Sequence record: LR756500.1
DNA length: 64,000 bases
Reading direction: 5' to 3' (one strand)
Shown: positions 15,635-26,513 of the stretch, piece after piece
Numbering within the stretch: the first letter of the stretch is position 1
Layout: the number at the start of each line of letters is the position of its first letter
Position numbers and translations under genes: made by a program
Notes under the pieces: model-generated
Database searches by the model: none
What the model saw: the letters and a program-made list of their open reading frames with translations, nothing else
What the model was told of the DNA's origin: nothing

Positions 15635-17086
15635 ATGAGTTTACTAAATTTTAATGATTATAGATATAAAAGACTAGAAAAAGAAACTATTATAGACAAA
15701 AGAGTTATAATGGAACAAGCAGAATATGTTGCTGCTTTAAATGAAGCTTTTGCATCTAAAAATATTATGCGTATGATTGCTTTAGCTGATAGACAGTCCC
15801 AAAAAGCATGGTACAGTTCGTTCGTAAAAGACTTTTATAAAGTTTATAATATTAGTATTGACAAAGTTAAAGATGAAGATTTTAAAGAAGCTAATGTTGA
15901 AGATTTTTTTAGAGGTGGAAAATTATATAAAGATGAAGTTAGATCTGAATTAAAAGGTAAATTTCCAATTGATAAAAGATATTTAGCTATATGTATTAAT
16001 AGAGATAAAGATAATACTTTAGAAAGAGCAGCAAAAGAAGATTTAGAAACTCTAAACAAATATTTAAAAGAAGTTGGATTTGATCTTAAAAAAGAAGTTC
16101 CAGAATTATTAAAAGCTGCTAGCGATAATCCAGCTAAATTTAAAACTGTACTTTCACAAAAGTTAAAAGAAAAAAATGTTGATGATATAGCATTTAAAAA
16201 AATACATAATGTATTTACAGAATATGATAATATTAGAAAAATAGAAATTCCAGTAATTACATCTATTATAATCGGTGGACATGCAGTATATCATGGTTTT
16301 GAACCTTCAACTACTGAAGTTAGAGAAAAAAGAGAAATAGCACTTCCAGTTCCTACGATGTGGAGAGAAGATAGATATGGTGTATTACATTCACCAACAT
16401 TAATTCATAGATATGTTCCAATTGATCAAGTTACAAATCTTAAAATTTTTAAATCAGTTTCTCAACCTACGATTGAAGCAGCTACTGATACTGTATATTA
16501 TGTTGATGTTGATGAATTATCAGCAAAATATGATATGGGTACAAAAATGAGTGATAGAAAAATAGCAAAATCTGGTAGCCCATTCTTTATGAGTAATGAA
16601 GAAATTAAAGCAGAAACAAAACGTTTAATGTTGCTTAAAACAAAACATAAAATAGATACACATGCAATGACTGCTTTATATCTATTCTGCATTAAAAGAT
16701 TTACTATGGAAATGGCTAAAGATTCTTTTAAAATGGATAATGTAGAATTTACTATTGGAAGTCAAAAAATTACTTCAGGAATTAAAATATTAGATCATTT
16801 TAATACACTTTTAAAAGAATATCAAAAAGTTAATTCAGCATATAGTGATTTCTTAAAAAATATTACTCCTGCTGATGAAGATTTAATTACAAATAAACTT
16901 ACTTCTAAATTTTCATTAGATGCAAAACAACAAGCTATCAGCGATCAATTATCTGGTTATATTGAACAGATATTAGGATTCAGACAAAAAGCTTTAGACA
17001 TGTATAGTCAAATGCAACAAATAGGAATTACTTTTACTAAAGATGAAATTAAACAACTTTCACCTTCATTAGAATTAGGAAAATAA
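15635..17086 (+). CDS. large hypothetical protein, possibly virion-associated
   Basis: 483-aa ORF; GATATATAA upstream; followed by a terminator. Confidence 0.7.
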   Translation: MSLLNFNDYRYKRLEKETIIDKRVIMEQAEYVAALNEAFASKNIMRMIALADRQSQKAWYSSFVKDFYKVYNISIDKVKDEDFKEANVEDFFRGGKLYKDEVRSELKGKFPIDKRYLAICINRDKDNTLERAAKEDLETLNKYLKEVGFDLKKEVPELLKAASDNPAKFKTVLSQKLKEKNVDDIAFKKIHNVFTEYDNIRKIEIPVITSIIIGGHAVYHGFEPSTTEVREKREIALPVPTMWREDRYGVLHSPTLIHRYVPIDQVTNLKIFKSVSQPTIEAATDTVYYVDVDELSAKYDMGTKMSDRKIAKSGSPFFMSNEEIKAETKRLMLLKTKHKIDTHAMTALYLFCIKRFTMEMAKDSFKMDNVEFTIGSQKITSGIKILDHFNTLLKEYQKVNSAYSDFLKNITPADEDLITNKLTSKFSLDAKQQAISDQLSGYIEQILGFRQKALDMYSQMQQIGITFTKDEIKQLSPSLELGK

Positions 17087-17091
17087 ATTAT

Positions 17092-17121
17092 AAAAAAGGA
17101 ACTAAAATTTAGTTCCTTTTT
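17092..17121 (+). terminator. intrinsic terminator
   Basis: aaaaaggaacta / tagttccttttt hairpin. Confidence 0.8.
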
Positions 17122-17164
17122 AGTTTGGTATAATTTTTGATGTATAACTCTTAAAATAAATTTT

Positions 17165-17749
17165 ATGAAAACTTTCTTATTAACAATAGTATTATGTTTT
17201 ATTTCCATTTTATCTTTTTCTCAATATCAAGATTATGAAAATAGAATTAAAAAATTTCATCATCATAATCACTATTATTCTTATTATGATTATCCAAATT
17301 ATAATTATGAATTATATAGTTATTATGTTAAATCTTGTAATTTTGAAATAATTATTTCATTTAATTCGAATACATATTATAAATATTATGTGTATGATAG
17401 AAAGTATAATAATTATTGGAGCTTATTTAATTATAACTACAATGTTAATTGTTCTAACTATAGTAATCTCAGATCTAATAATAATATATCAATACAAACA
17501 AACAAACCACAAGTAGTAAATAATACAAAGCCTATTATTTATAATAAACCTTCATCAACGAACATCTCTGTTAATAGAAAGCCTTATTATAATAGTACCT
17601 ATAATAACAAATCATCTAATACTACGTATAATAAAAATAATTATAGTAAGCCTGTAACAGAATCAGGTAAATTTCATGGAACACGAAATACGAATCACGG
17701 AATAAAAACTCAAAAAATTAACAAAACAGTAATTAACCATCGTCATTAA
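17165..17749 (+). CDS. signal-peptide-bearing Tyr/Asn-rich protein
   Basis: MKTFLLTIVLCFISILSFSQ; low-complexity tail. Confidence 0.6.
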   Translation: MKTFLLTIVLCFISILSFSQYQDYENRIKKFHHHNHYYSYYDYPNYNYELYSYYVKSCNFEIIISFNSNTYYKYYVYDRKYNNYWSLFNYNYNVNCSNYSNLRSNNNISIQTNKPQVVNNTKPIIYNKPSSTNISVNRKPYYNSTYNNKSSNTTYNKNNYSKPVTESGKFHGTRNTNHGIKTQKINKTVINHRH

Positions 17750-18200
17750 AAAATAAAAATTATATAAAATCTAAACAATTTTTTACGGATTACTAATCAC
17801 GGAATAAACTGTCAAAATTAATTAATTTCCATATAAATGAAAATACTATAAATTGTATAAAAACATTAAATGTAAATTATAAAGCTAGAAATAGCTGAAT
17901 AATAAATTTATGATTAATAATCTTAATAACTACAAAAATTCTAATAACCACAAAACAAATAAAGTTAATTACAAAACAAAATTAAAAATACGTTAATCTT
18001 TCTATTTTAAATTTTAATACCATTTTATTAAATTTAAGTAAATATAATAATTTTGTAAATATTAAAAAATATTTGAATATACATATTTTTAATGCATTGG
18101 GATTTTTTATTAACAATTTTGGCCGCCTATTGTTAATAAAAAAACTACAAAATTTATAGAATTCTATATATAAATTATAATATAAATTACTTTAATTTTT

Positions 18201-18797
18201 ATGTTAGCAATAGCTCCACCTAATAAAAAAGAGATTATAAACTATTCTAATTGGTTAGAAAAAAGAAAAATACCTTTTCATATACTTAATGAATATGATA
18301 ATATAAATAGTTATTCTATGCTTATGTTATGTGGAGGTCCTGATATAGGAAAAAATAAATTAAGAGATGAATTAGAAATAAAATGGTTTAATGATGCTTA
18401 TAGAAAAATTCCTGTAATTGGAATTTGTAGAGGATTACAATTAGTTAATATTATTCTTAATGGTACTCTTTATGAAGATTTATCTGATGAATTAATAATG
18501 CATTCGACTGATAAAAATTCTATTTCTAATGAACCTTCTTCAAATTTAAATTCAAGTTTTCATAATATTATATACAATAATTTTAAAATTGAAGTTAATT
18601 CTAGACATCATCAGGGAATTAAAGTATTAGGTGAAGGATTAAAACCTTTAGCATATAGTGAAGGAGATAATTTAATAGAAATGATTAAAGGATTTAAATC
18701 TTTATTTGTACAATGGCACCCTGAAAGAGAAGAAGTATATGAAATGCCAGCAGAAAGAATCGTATCATTGTGGATAGAAAAGTTTATGTTACTTTAA
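18201..18797 (+). CDS. peptidase C26 / class I glutamine amidotransferase
   Basis: GGPDI, GICRGLQ (nucleophile Cys), VNSRHHQ, VQWHPE. Confidence 0.9.
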   Translation: MLAIAPPNKKEIINYSNWLEKRKIPFHILNEYDNINSYSMLMLCGGPDIGKNKLRDELEIKWFNDAYRKIPVIGICRGLQLVNIILNGTLYEDLSDELIMHSTDKNSISNEPSSNLNSSFHNIIYNNFKIEVNSRHHQGIKVLGEGLKPLAYSEGDNLIEMIKGFKSLFVQWHPEREEVYEMPAERIVSLWIEKFMLL

Positions 18798-18854
18798 TTC
18801 TAAATTTTTATTTTTAAAACTTTTTTATTATATTTACTTTTAAAATAAAAAAAT

Positions 18855-19661
18855 ATGCTGCCTGATAATATTTTTGATTCTCCTGAAAATCCATTATATC
18901 TTACACAAAATTCATTTTATATTCCGTTAACATGTACTAGGGAATCTGAAAAAGCTAAATTATTGACATGGAGAATAAAAGATAAAACTAAATCTATTTG
19001 GGTTCCTGATAGTGTAATAGAAGAAAAATTAAAAAATCCATCATTTTTACCAGAAAGTTATAATACTTATAAATTAAAAAGTTATTTTTATTCCAGAATA
19101 GAACAAAGTATTAATCCAAACGAAAAAGGATTTTTTAGTGAAGTTGCAAAAGGTTTATCAATTATTATAAAATTAGAAAAAGAAAAACAAGAAAAACAAA
19201 AATTAAATCTTTTTATAAAACGATGTAAATCATTATTAAATTTATTTGATATAAATATTAATGATTATGATAAAAATTTTATTTATACTTCAGCTGGATT
19301 AATGACATATTCATTGGAATTTAATCGCCTAATGCCAGGTTTAAATTTATCTTTAACAATTCCGAATAAAGTTACAACTGAAGCAACATTTATTACCGGC
19401 TTTTGGAATAAATTTCAAATTGATGGATATATTAATAGTAATAGTTTATTAGGAATTTTACTTGCATATGATGCGTATAGAACAGATTTACCTGAAGAAT
19501 ATAGAGTTAAATTATTAAAAATGTATAATAATAAAATATTAACTCATGATAAAACATTTGAATTTTCTGATGATCATTCCGTATATAAAAATGGTTTAGA
19601 AGAAAGACAAATCATTTATATCTTACTATCAATACTAAAAATATTAAATATTCAAACTTAA
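18855..19661 (+). CDS. hypothetical protein
   Basis: ORF track; early promoter motif at about 18817-18836. Confidence 0.7.
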   Translation: MLPDNIFDSPENPLYLTQNSFYIPLTCTRESEKAKLLTWRIKDKTKSIWVPDSVIEEKLKNPSFLPESYNTYKLKSYFYSRIEQSINPNEKGFFSEVAKGLSIIIKLEKEKQEKQKLNLFIKRCKSLLNLFDININDYDKNFIYTSAGLMTYSLEFNRLMPGLNLSLTIPNKVTTEATFITGFWNKFQIDGYINSNSLLGILLAYDAYRTDLPEEYRVKLLKMYNNKILTHDKTFEFSDDHSVYKNGLEERQIIYILLSILKILNIQT

Positions 19662-19664
19662 ATT

Positions 19665-20126
19665 ATGAAAATTAACGAAATTATAAAAAATATACTTGAA
19701 TTTATTATCTTATCAAGTAAATGGTTATTAATACCATTCTATTTAAAGTTATTTTGGACGTTAATAAAATTAATGTATCATTTTATTTATCAAGGTGAAA
19801 TAAGTAATGAAGATATAATATCTACTTTAGAAGATATAGATATTGTTATGATTGCAAATCTTGTAAAAATGATTATAGTTGGAAGTTATAATTCATTTGT
19901 ATATAAATTAAATAATTTAGAATCTGAACATATTACATCAGGTGGATTAAAAATAAAAATGGCAACATCTATAATAGGCGTATCATCTATTTATTTATTA
20001 CAAACTTTCATTAATGTTACAAATATTTCACAAGATATAATTATTAAGCAGATATTAATATTTGGAGCATTTATTATTGGAGCATTAGTTTTAGCAATCA
20101 TAAATTATTTATATTCAAAACATTAA
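19665..20126 (+). CDS. yqhA: YqhA/UPF0114 family membrane protein
   Basis: SKWLLIPFY, DIVMIANLVKMIIVGSYNSFV, LKIKMATSIIGVSSIYLL. Confidence 0.8.
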   Translation: MKINEIIKNILEFIILSSKWLLIPFYLKLFWTLIKLMYHFIYQGEISNEDIISTLEDIDIVMIANLVKMIIVGSYNSFVYKLNNLESEHITSGGLKIKMATSIIGVSSIYLLQTFINVTNISQDIIIKQILIFGAFIIGALVLAIINYLYSKH

Positions 20127-20127
20127 T

Positions 20128-20301
20128 ATGCTAAGACGAGAATTTAAGCCTGGTGAAAAAGTAATATTAGATGAAAAATATGCTAATAGTTCTATAGTTG
20201 AAGTAGTTAGTCAAACTCCTAAAAAATTATATACTATGGTAAAATCAGAAACTTCTGAATGGGAAGTAATGACAATTAGACTTACTTCAATAAATAAATA
20301 G
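20128..20301 (+). CDS. 57-aa hypothetical protein (MLRREFKPGEKV...)
   Basis: Translated by hand; abuts yqhA. Confidence 0.6.
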   Translation: MLRREFKPGEKVILDEKYANSSIVEVVSQTPKKLYTMVKSETSEWEVMTIRLTSINK

Positions 20302-20566
20302 TTTCAGATATTCCTAATGTATCGTTATTAAAAAATCCATCTACAATAGATTTATTTATATCTTCTTTTAAAGAAAAATTATCATTAATAATATTTAAAT
20401 CTTTGGATATTGAACAACTATAATTTAAAATAATAATAAAAATTAAAATTAATCGCATCATATTTTTATTTTATATATAACTCATTTTTATTTAAAACGA
20501 TGATACGCATATTAATTAATTATTAATTATTCGTTAAATATATAGTATATAAAATAAATAATAATT

Positions 20567-20908
20567 ATGGATACTTTAAAAACTTATCAAGACTATAATA
20601 AAGAATTAGATGAACAGGAAATAGAAAAATCGTTAGTTAATGCAAAATCTATTACTGAAAAATTAATGTCTAAATTACATAAAATAGCTGAAGATATAGT
20701 TAAAAATAAATCAAAAAAACCTTTAAAAGAATCTAAAGAACAAGATAAAACTATAAAGCAAGTTAATAAAGTTATTAATGAATGGTTAATAGGACTTGGT
20801 TATGGTACTGGTGCTGGATATCCAATACTTTATGATTATGGAAATTTAGCTAAAAACTATGCACAAAATCAAATTAAAGAACCAAGAGACGGTGAAGAAA
20901 AAGAATAA
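20567..20908 (+). CDS. candidate head-internal protein
   Basis: MDTLKTYQDY N-terminus resembles T4 CTS; AAATATATA at 20536-20544. Confidence 0.55.
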   Translation: MDTLKTYQDYNKELDEQEIEKSLVNAKSITEKLMSKLHKIAEDIVKNKSKKPLKESKEQDKTIKQVNKVINEWLIGLGYGTGAGYPILYDYGNLAKNYAQNQIKEPRDGEEKE

Positions 20909-21208
20909 TTAATTTAATTCATAAGAAATTTTATTTATAATTTTATAATTTAAATCATAAAATATTTCAGTTATATGAAAATTAAATATTTCTATTTCTT
21001 TAAATTCCCCTATATCAAATTGAATTCCACCATCTCTCATTGGAAACACATTTACTTGTGTTATAAATATAATATTTGATAAAGATTCTAAAAGTATTAT
21101 TGCCGATTCAATTGATTGTATAGTTGTTTTTTCTGCATCATAAGTATCCCAATTCTTTTCTAAATCTAGAAAAGATAAAATTGTTTTATTTAATTCTTTT
21201 TTATTCAT
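20909..21208 (-). CDS. hypothetical protein
   Basis: ORF track; WDTYDA..P..DGGIQF pattern. Confidence 0.65.
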   Translation of the reverse strand: MNKKELNKTILSFLDLEKNWDTYDAEKTTIQSIESAIILLESLSNIIFITQVNVFPMRDGGIQFDIGEFKEIEIFNFHITEIFYDLNYKIINKISYELN

Positions 21209-22032
21209 TAGTAATGTAAATTTAAATACAAATTATTTTGATCATCTTTATAATAAATCGGAGAAAAAATTGGTGAATATTGATCTTTGGTATCATTTAA
21301 CTCTTCTTCTGTATATTTATTTAATTTAGAAACATCTAAGTTTGGATATTCTTCCTTATCATTATATTCTCCGTCCATTTTTTCATTATGTTCTAATGCA
21401 TTATAATATTGTTCTCCTTTTTTACAAATTACTGCCCATCCTTTAGATCTAAATCCTTGTGGATATGGTTTTAACTCTCCTGTTCTTGGATTTTTATCAC
21501 AACACATTCCAGTAATATCATTACCATTATAATATGAATCGGGTATTCTTTGTACAAACAATTTCGCAGTACTTGGTATGTTATGTTTTTCTATAAATTT
21601 TAAAAGATTATCTATTGTGCATAAATGTTTATTTGTAAAATAGTCTGATTCAACTTCATTTCTAGTTGGTTTAAACCACCCCATTTTTTCATCAATTAAT
21701 CTTTTATATCTTGAAATATAATCTATTATTTCAGAAGGTAACCATTGTTTATTATCTTGTCTTGATAAATGCTCATATGCTTCTATAATTTTATATTCAT
21801 CTCTTTTTTGACAATCAATAACTATATTAATTTTTAATGACTCATCTGAACACCAAACTCTGATGTTATGAATTATTTTAAATTCATCATGTTCTTTTTT
21901 ATAGATTAATTTATCTCTAGATGGATATTCCCAAGTACCTGTAACATTATAATGTCCGTTTTCTTTTACTTTACATGCAGAAGTAAAAAAAGAAATAAAA
22001 TTTTCATCTAAATATTTTTTTACATTTATCAT
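21208..22032 (-). CDS. hypothetical protein
   Basis: ORF track; overlapping stop and start codons. Confidence 0.7.
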   Translation of the reverse strand: MINVKKYLDENFISFFTSACKVKENGHYNVTGTWEYPSRDKLIYKKEHDEFKIIHNIRVWCSDESLKINIVIDCQKRDEYKIIEAYEHLSRQDNKQWLPSEIIDYISRYKRLIDEKMGWFKPTRNEVESDYFTNKHLCTIDNLLKFIEKHNIPSTAKLFVQRIPDSYYNGNDITGMCCDKNPRTGELKPYPQGFRSKGWAVICKKGEQYYNALEHNEKMDGEYNDKEEYPNLDVSKLNKYTEEELNDTKDQYSPIFSPIYYKDDQNNLYLNLHY

Positions 22033-22805
22033 AGTTCAATTATTTTTTTAGGATTATATCCTGAAAATTCTAAATTATATCCCTGATAACCGTATTGATT
22101 ACATGTTAATATAGTATTATTTATTTTTACATCTTCTATATTTCTATGGGAATGACCATATATCCAATAATCTATATTATTATCAGCTATAATATCATAA
22201 TTTTCTGATACAAAAGCATTACTAATAATACTTGATTTATAATCAGGATGGACAACTAATTTAGTCGGTAAATGATGTGTAACTACAACAGTTTTCGTAT
22301 TTTTATTATCTTTTAATGCATTAACTATAAAAAATTTAGCATCTAAATGTAATGAATTAAAATCTTTATATGATAATGTATATTTTCCTTTTTTGATATG
22401 ATTAAAGTCCATTACATTTCTTTCAATATAAAAAGATTCATATTCATTAATATGAGACCATAATGTTGAAAAAATAAATTGAACTCCTTTATAATCAATT
22501 GAGACATTATTTACTAAATGAATATTATCTCTAATATCTTCATTTAAAAATGGCTGTGAAATTTTATTTAAATCACTTAAGTAATAATATTCATGATTGC
22601 CAGGAACAATAAAAATTTTATCAAAATACATTGATAAATGATCAAAAATAGGATCATTATAATGTAACTTGTCCATTTTAGTGATATCACCGGCTAATAT
22701 TAAAACTTCACCACTAGGAACAATTATTGAATTAATGTTTTGAGATATAAATTCATAATTTATCATTCTCTCTAAATGAAGATCTGATAAATATTGTATC
22801 TTCAT
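22029..22805 (-). CDS. calcineurin-like metallophosphoesterase
   Basis: SDLH, AGDI, PGNHEYY, THH, GHSH. Confidence 0.92.
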   Translation of the reverse strand: MKIQYLSDLHLERMINYEFISQNINSIIVPSGEVLILAGDITKMDKLHYNDPIFDHLSMYFDKIFIVPGNHEYYYLSDLNKISQPFLNEDIRDNIHLVNNVSIDYKGVQFIFSTLWSHINEYESFYIERNVMDFNHIKKGKYTLSYKDFNSLHLDAKFFIVNALKDNKNTKTVVVTHHLPTKLVVHPDYKSSIISNAFVSENYDIIADNNIDYWIYGHSHRNIEDVKINNTILTCNQYGYQGYNLEFSGYNPKKIIEL

Positions 22806-23092
22806 TTAAATGAATTATAATGTTCCTTTTTAAATGTTATGAATGATAATTTTTCATCAACACATTTTTCACAAACTTGAGCAGTCCATTTTTCTTCATC
22901 ATTATGTTCGCTGTAATATCCCCAATAAGCAGAAAGATTCATATAAGAAAATTCATAAGTTTTTTCTCCATTATCTACTCTTAAATCATTTTCAATAACA
23001 CCTTCATTAACTTTGCAGCTTTTGCCACAAATATCACATAATATATCTATAACTACTTCTTGCTTTTTTAATTGTACTTGTTTAATTTCCAT
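22802..23092 (-). CDS. CxxC..CxxC hypothetical protein
   Basis: CDICG..CEKC. Confidence 0.7.
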   Translation of the reverse strand: MEIKQVQLKKQEVVIDILCDICGKSCKVNEGVIENDLRVDNGEKTYEFSYMNLSAYWGYYSEHNDEEKWTAQVCEKCVDEKLSFITFKKEHYNSFK

Positions 23093-23381
23093 TTATTAAT
23101 AATTTTAAATATATTTGTAAATCTGCACACATTTCATAATCCTGACATTCAGCTAAAATAGTTATTGATTCTTTTAATTTATTTATTTTTTCTTCTAATG
23201 ATATTTCTTGTGATTTAATAAATGACATTGGATCAATCATCATTTCTAAATAAAACCCTTTAGCTTTTTGAATACTTTTTTGTTGTTGTTTATTTAAATG
23301 AGCATTTAATTTTTGCTGAATTTCATTATTAACTAAAATATTATTTAGTTCATTGTCATTACTATAATTTGGAATATACAT
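23082..23381 (-). CDS. hypothetical protein with UVR-like C-terminal motif
   Basis: ECQDYEMCADLQ resembles E.YE.AA..RD. Confidence 0.55.
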   Translation of the reverse strand: MYIPNYSNDNELNNILVNNEIQQKLNAHLNKQQQKSIQKAKGFYLEMMIDPMSFIKSQEISLEEKINKLKESITILAECQDYEMCADLQIYLKLLINGN

Positions 23382-23547
23382 AAGAATAAAATTTGAAATT
23401 TATATTTTTGAATTATATGTAAATTTAATAAAAAAGTTTAAAAAATAAAAAAATTTTAATACATTCTTTTTCAAAAAATTATTTGATAACTAATATTTTA
23501 AATTTAAAACTTTATTATTATATTTACTTTTAATTATATAAAAATTA

Positions 23548-23943
23548 ATGAAAACCTTAAAAACAATAGGTAGAATAATATCAATAAATTGCAATGCTGA
23601 ACTTGATAACGGAGAAATATTATCTTTAAATTTAAGTAATAAAGATTTGATTTCTTGTCCAGGAGTTGATAGCATACATACAGTAAGTTCATTAATTGGT
23701 CATTTAATTGGAACTCCTATTGAACAATTTGTTATTAAAAATCCTATAGAATCTCAACTTATTAAAGATGTAAAAAATAAATTAGTAGAAGTTCATTCTC
23801 GTACATCTATTATTCATTTAACTAAAGGTGTTAAAGTTGATCTTTATACTATAAAAGGATTTAAACAACACACTTATAAATATGATTCATATCAAGATGC
23901 ATATGATGATTTAGAATATTGTCGCAAATATTTAAACAATTAA
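23548..23943 (+). CDS. hypothetical protein
   Basis: ORF track; promoter motif at about 23501-23526. Confidence 0.65.
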   Translation: MKTLKTIGRIISINCNAELDNGEILSLNLSNKDLISCPGVDSIHTVSSLIGHLIGTPIEQFVIKNPIESQLIKDVKNKLVEVHSRTSIIHLTKGVKVDLYTIKGFKQHTYKYDSYQDAYDDLEYCRKYLNN

Positions 23944-24287
23944 TTATGATGAGTATATCTGAAAAACAAAGATTTAAAATCAGTATAATTGATTTTATCG
24001 TTGAAAATGGAAAACATGAAGTTGGAAAAGATAAGTTAGGAAATACTGTATGTTTAGGAGATTTAGTAAAATATAATAATGAAGATAATTGGTTTATCGT
24101 TTATCGTTATGGAAATATACTTTTAAAACAAGTAGGAATGATCGCTATGATTGGAAGTATACATTTTGTAAGTGGAGATTTTTCTAATGTTGAAAAACAA
24201 AATGCTTTTGCCTCTGGAGTTGATTGGCTTGCTATTGGTTATGAAGATGAACCATTTTATGAAAAGGTAAAACATTTAGTTAAATAA
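23919..24287 (+). CDS. hypothetical protein
   Basis: ORF track; likely start near 23949. Confidence 0.65.
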   Translation: MSQIFKQLIMMSISEKQRFKISIIDFIVENGKHEVGKDKLGNTVCLGDLVKYNNEDNWFIVYRYGNILLKQVGMIAMIGSIHFVSGDFSNVEKQNAFASGVDWLAIGYEDEPFYEKVKHLVK

Positions 24288-24290
24288 TAT

Positions 24291-24593
24291 ATGATACAAA
24301 AATTCAGAAAGAAACCAGTTGAGATTGAAGCAATCCAATGGAACGGAAACTCAAACAGAATGGAAATTGAACAATTTGTTGGAAGAGAATTAAAAACAGA
24401 ATTAGAAAGTGAAACGGCTTATGTTGCTGGGAAAGGTGCTCCAATTTTTAGTTTATTAATCGAAACAAAAGAAGGAGTAATGAAAGCATTTAGAAGTGAT
24501 TGGATTATTAAAGAGCCTTTTCCAACTGGCGATAGAGATTTTTATCCTTGTAAAAATAATATTTTTAAAAATACTTATGATGTAATTAAATAA
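24291..24593 (+). CDS. conserved phage protein (KFRKKPVEIEAIQW family)
   Basis: RKKPVEIEAIQW..EG.M..DWII..FYPCK..IF..TY. Confidence 0.75.
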   Translation: MIQKFRKKPVEIEAIQWNGNSNRMEIEQFVGRELKTELESETAYVAGKGAPIFSLLIETKEGVMKAFRSDWIIKEPFPTGDRDFYPCKNNIFKNTYDVIK

Positions 24594-24752
24594 ATTATGA
24601 AATCATTTATTTTTGTAGGATTAATAATTATTGCTAATGCTTATAATCCAGCATTTGTAGAATCTAATGAATCTACATTTTTATTACTTTTTATATTTAG
24701 CTTTATTTATGAAATAAGATTAGATTATTTAAAATATAAAAAAAAATAAATT

Positions 24753-25109
24753 ATGAAAACATTTTATATAAATGGTATAACTATAGAATTAGATGAAACT
24801 AAAACTTATTTAGATTTTTATTTAATTAAAGGAGAACCACAATTAAAATCAATAGATTTTGAAAAGATGCTACAATATGCGTCTGAAGATAAATTAAAAA
24901 TTGATGCAGAATTTAAAACACTTTTAGAATATTTAAAAAGATGGACAGTAGAAGCTCCTAGAAAAAGAGGTTATCGTCAAATGAAAAGAGATGGAATGAT
25001 TGTATTAAGTGGTGAATATTTCTTTGAAAATGATGAAGGAGAAGAGATAATTAATAATTTGGAAAATACTGGAATTTTAACTGAATATTTACTCGAAAAA
25101 TTATATTAA
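24753..25109 (+). CDS. hypothetical protein
   Basis: ORF track. Confidence 0.65.
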   Translation: MKTFYINGITIELDETKTYLDFYLIKGEPQLKSIDFEKMLQYASEDKLKIDAEFKTLLEYLKRWTVEAPRKRGYRQMKRDGMIVLSGEYFFENDEGEEIINNLENTGILTEYLLEKLY

Positions 25110-25712
25110 ATGGAACATCTAATTGATGGAGAAAAAGCATATCCTATTTATAAATTAACTGCTAAATGGGAACAAGACGGAGAACATGACCCAGAATATC
25201 CAATTTTTCATAAAGGATTAAAGGAAGGTAGAGTTCATAATTCAACAGGATTTTCGTATATGTTTAAAGTTGAACAAACAGATGCTGAATTAACGATATT
25301 TTCAAGTAATTGGTGGACAAATCATTATAATAAAATTGATAAATACGATAAAGTTCCTTTATCAGAAAAACATGTAGATAATTTAGTTATTGAATTTAAA
25401 TTGATTGAATATGAAACTTGGTATTTAACATGGTTTCAACATCAAACTTTCGATAATGGCCAAACTAATGAAGAGGTTTTAAGAAGTTTTGAAAAATTTG
25501 TAAGAAGAAAAGAAGATTTAAATCATAAAAACAGTCATTGGGGAGGTGATAGAAATTTTGATAATGATAAACCTTTCTATACATTAATGGGCGCTGAAGA
25601 TAGATGGAGATGGCATGGATCGGGAAAAAATGGAAAACCTGATGAACACAGTCCAGCTCCGTGTAGATGTAAATATTGTAAAGAACAAGGTGTAATAAGA
25701 ATAGCACATTAA
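25110..25712 (+). CDS. conserved phage hypothetical protein
   Basis: ORF track; MGAEDRWRW..PCRCKYC. Confidence 0.7.
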   Translation: MEHLIDGEKAYPIYKLTAKWEQDGEHDPEYPIFHKGLKEGRVHNSTGFSYMFKVEQTDAELTIFSSNWWTNHYNKIDKYDKVPLSEKHVDNLVIEFKLIEYETWYLTWFQHQTFDNGQTNEEVLRSFEKFVRRKEDLNHKNSHWGGDRNFDNDKPFYTLMGAEDRWRWHGSGKNGKPDEHSPAPCRCKYCKEQGVIRIAH

Positions 25713-25713
25713 T

Positions 25714-26280
25714 ATGTTAAACATTTCTAAAAAACGAAAATTTCCTTTTAATGAATTAAAAGATGGTTGGACTGTTACTGATAAGTATTTTATATACGAA
25801 ATACGTAAAAAATATATTGGAAATTTTCTTAATACATGGTTTATTGGAGATAAAATACAAGCATCTAATTTAGAACGTAATAAAGTTAAATTTAAAAATG
25901 GAGAATTAAGAGATTTCATTATAAAAGATGAATTTATAACAGTTAAAAAGGTTAATAAAGATACATCATATAAATTATACAACAGAAAATATAATCCTAT
26001 TTCTATAACAATAATGTGCCCTACTGGCGCCAAATTCAAGCAGAATGATAATGGAGAATATTTATATGAAATGAAAGCTCAAATTCATTCTGTTGATGAT
26101 TCATCTTTTAGAATATGGTGGGCTTATTACTATAATAATAAAAATACATTTAAAGAATTAGAAATAATACGATTAAAATTAATGAAATGGATAAGTTCTC
26201 AATCTATTATTGATGGTAAAGATTTTTTACTTAAATGTCTTGAATTAGGTGCAGCAAAAGAAAGTATCGATTACAATTAA
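25714..26280 (+). CDS. hypothetical protein
   Basis: ORF track. Confidence 0.65.
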   Translation: MLNISKKRKFPFNELKDGWTVTDKYFIYEIRKKYIGNFLNTWFIGDKIQASNLERNKVKFKNGELRDFIIKDEFITVKKVNKDTSYKLYNRKYNPISITIMCPTGAKFKQNDNGEYLYEMKAQIHSVDDSSFRIWWAYYYNNKNTFKELEIIRLKLMKWISSQSIIDGKDFLLKCLELGAAKESIDYN

Positions 26281-26290
26281 AAATTAAATT

Positions 26291-26512
26291 ATGGAAACAA
26301 AAGTATTAGAATTGAAAAAGTTAGTTTTAGCAGACGCAGTTTCAACAGAAATTCCAGATGGAAGTTATTCAGGCAATCGGGGAGGTTATGTCGTTACCTT
26401 TAGTGTTAAAAATATAACTTATGAGGCTAAATTAAATGTTGGTGTTAAATGTATGAGCTGTCCTTGTACTGTGAATGTTAAAGATGGTCAAATAACTATC
26501 ATAGAATATTAA
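26291..26512 (+). CDS. hypothetical protein
   Basis: ORF track. Confidence 0.65.
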   Translation: METKVLELKKLVLADAVSTEIPDGSYSGNRGGYVVTFSVKNITYEAKLNVGVKCMSCPCTVNVKDGQITIIEY

Positions 26513-26513
26513 A

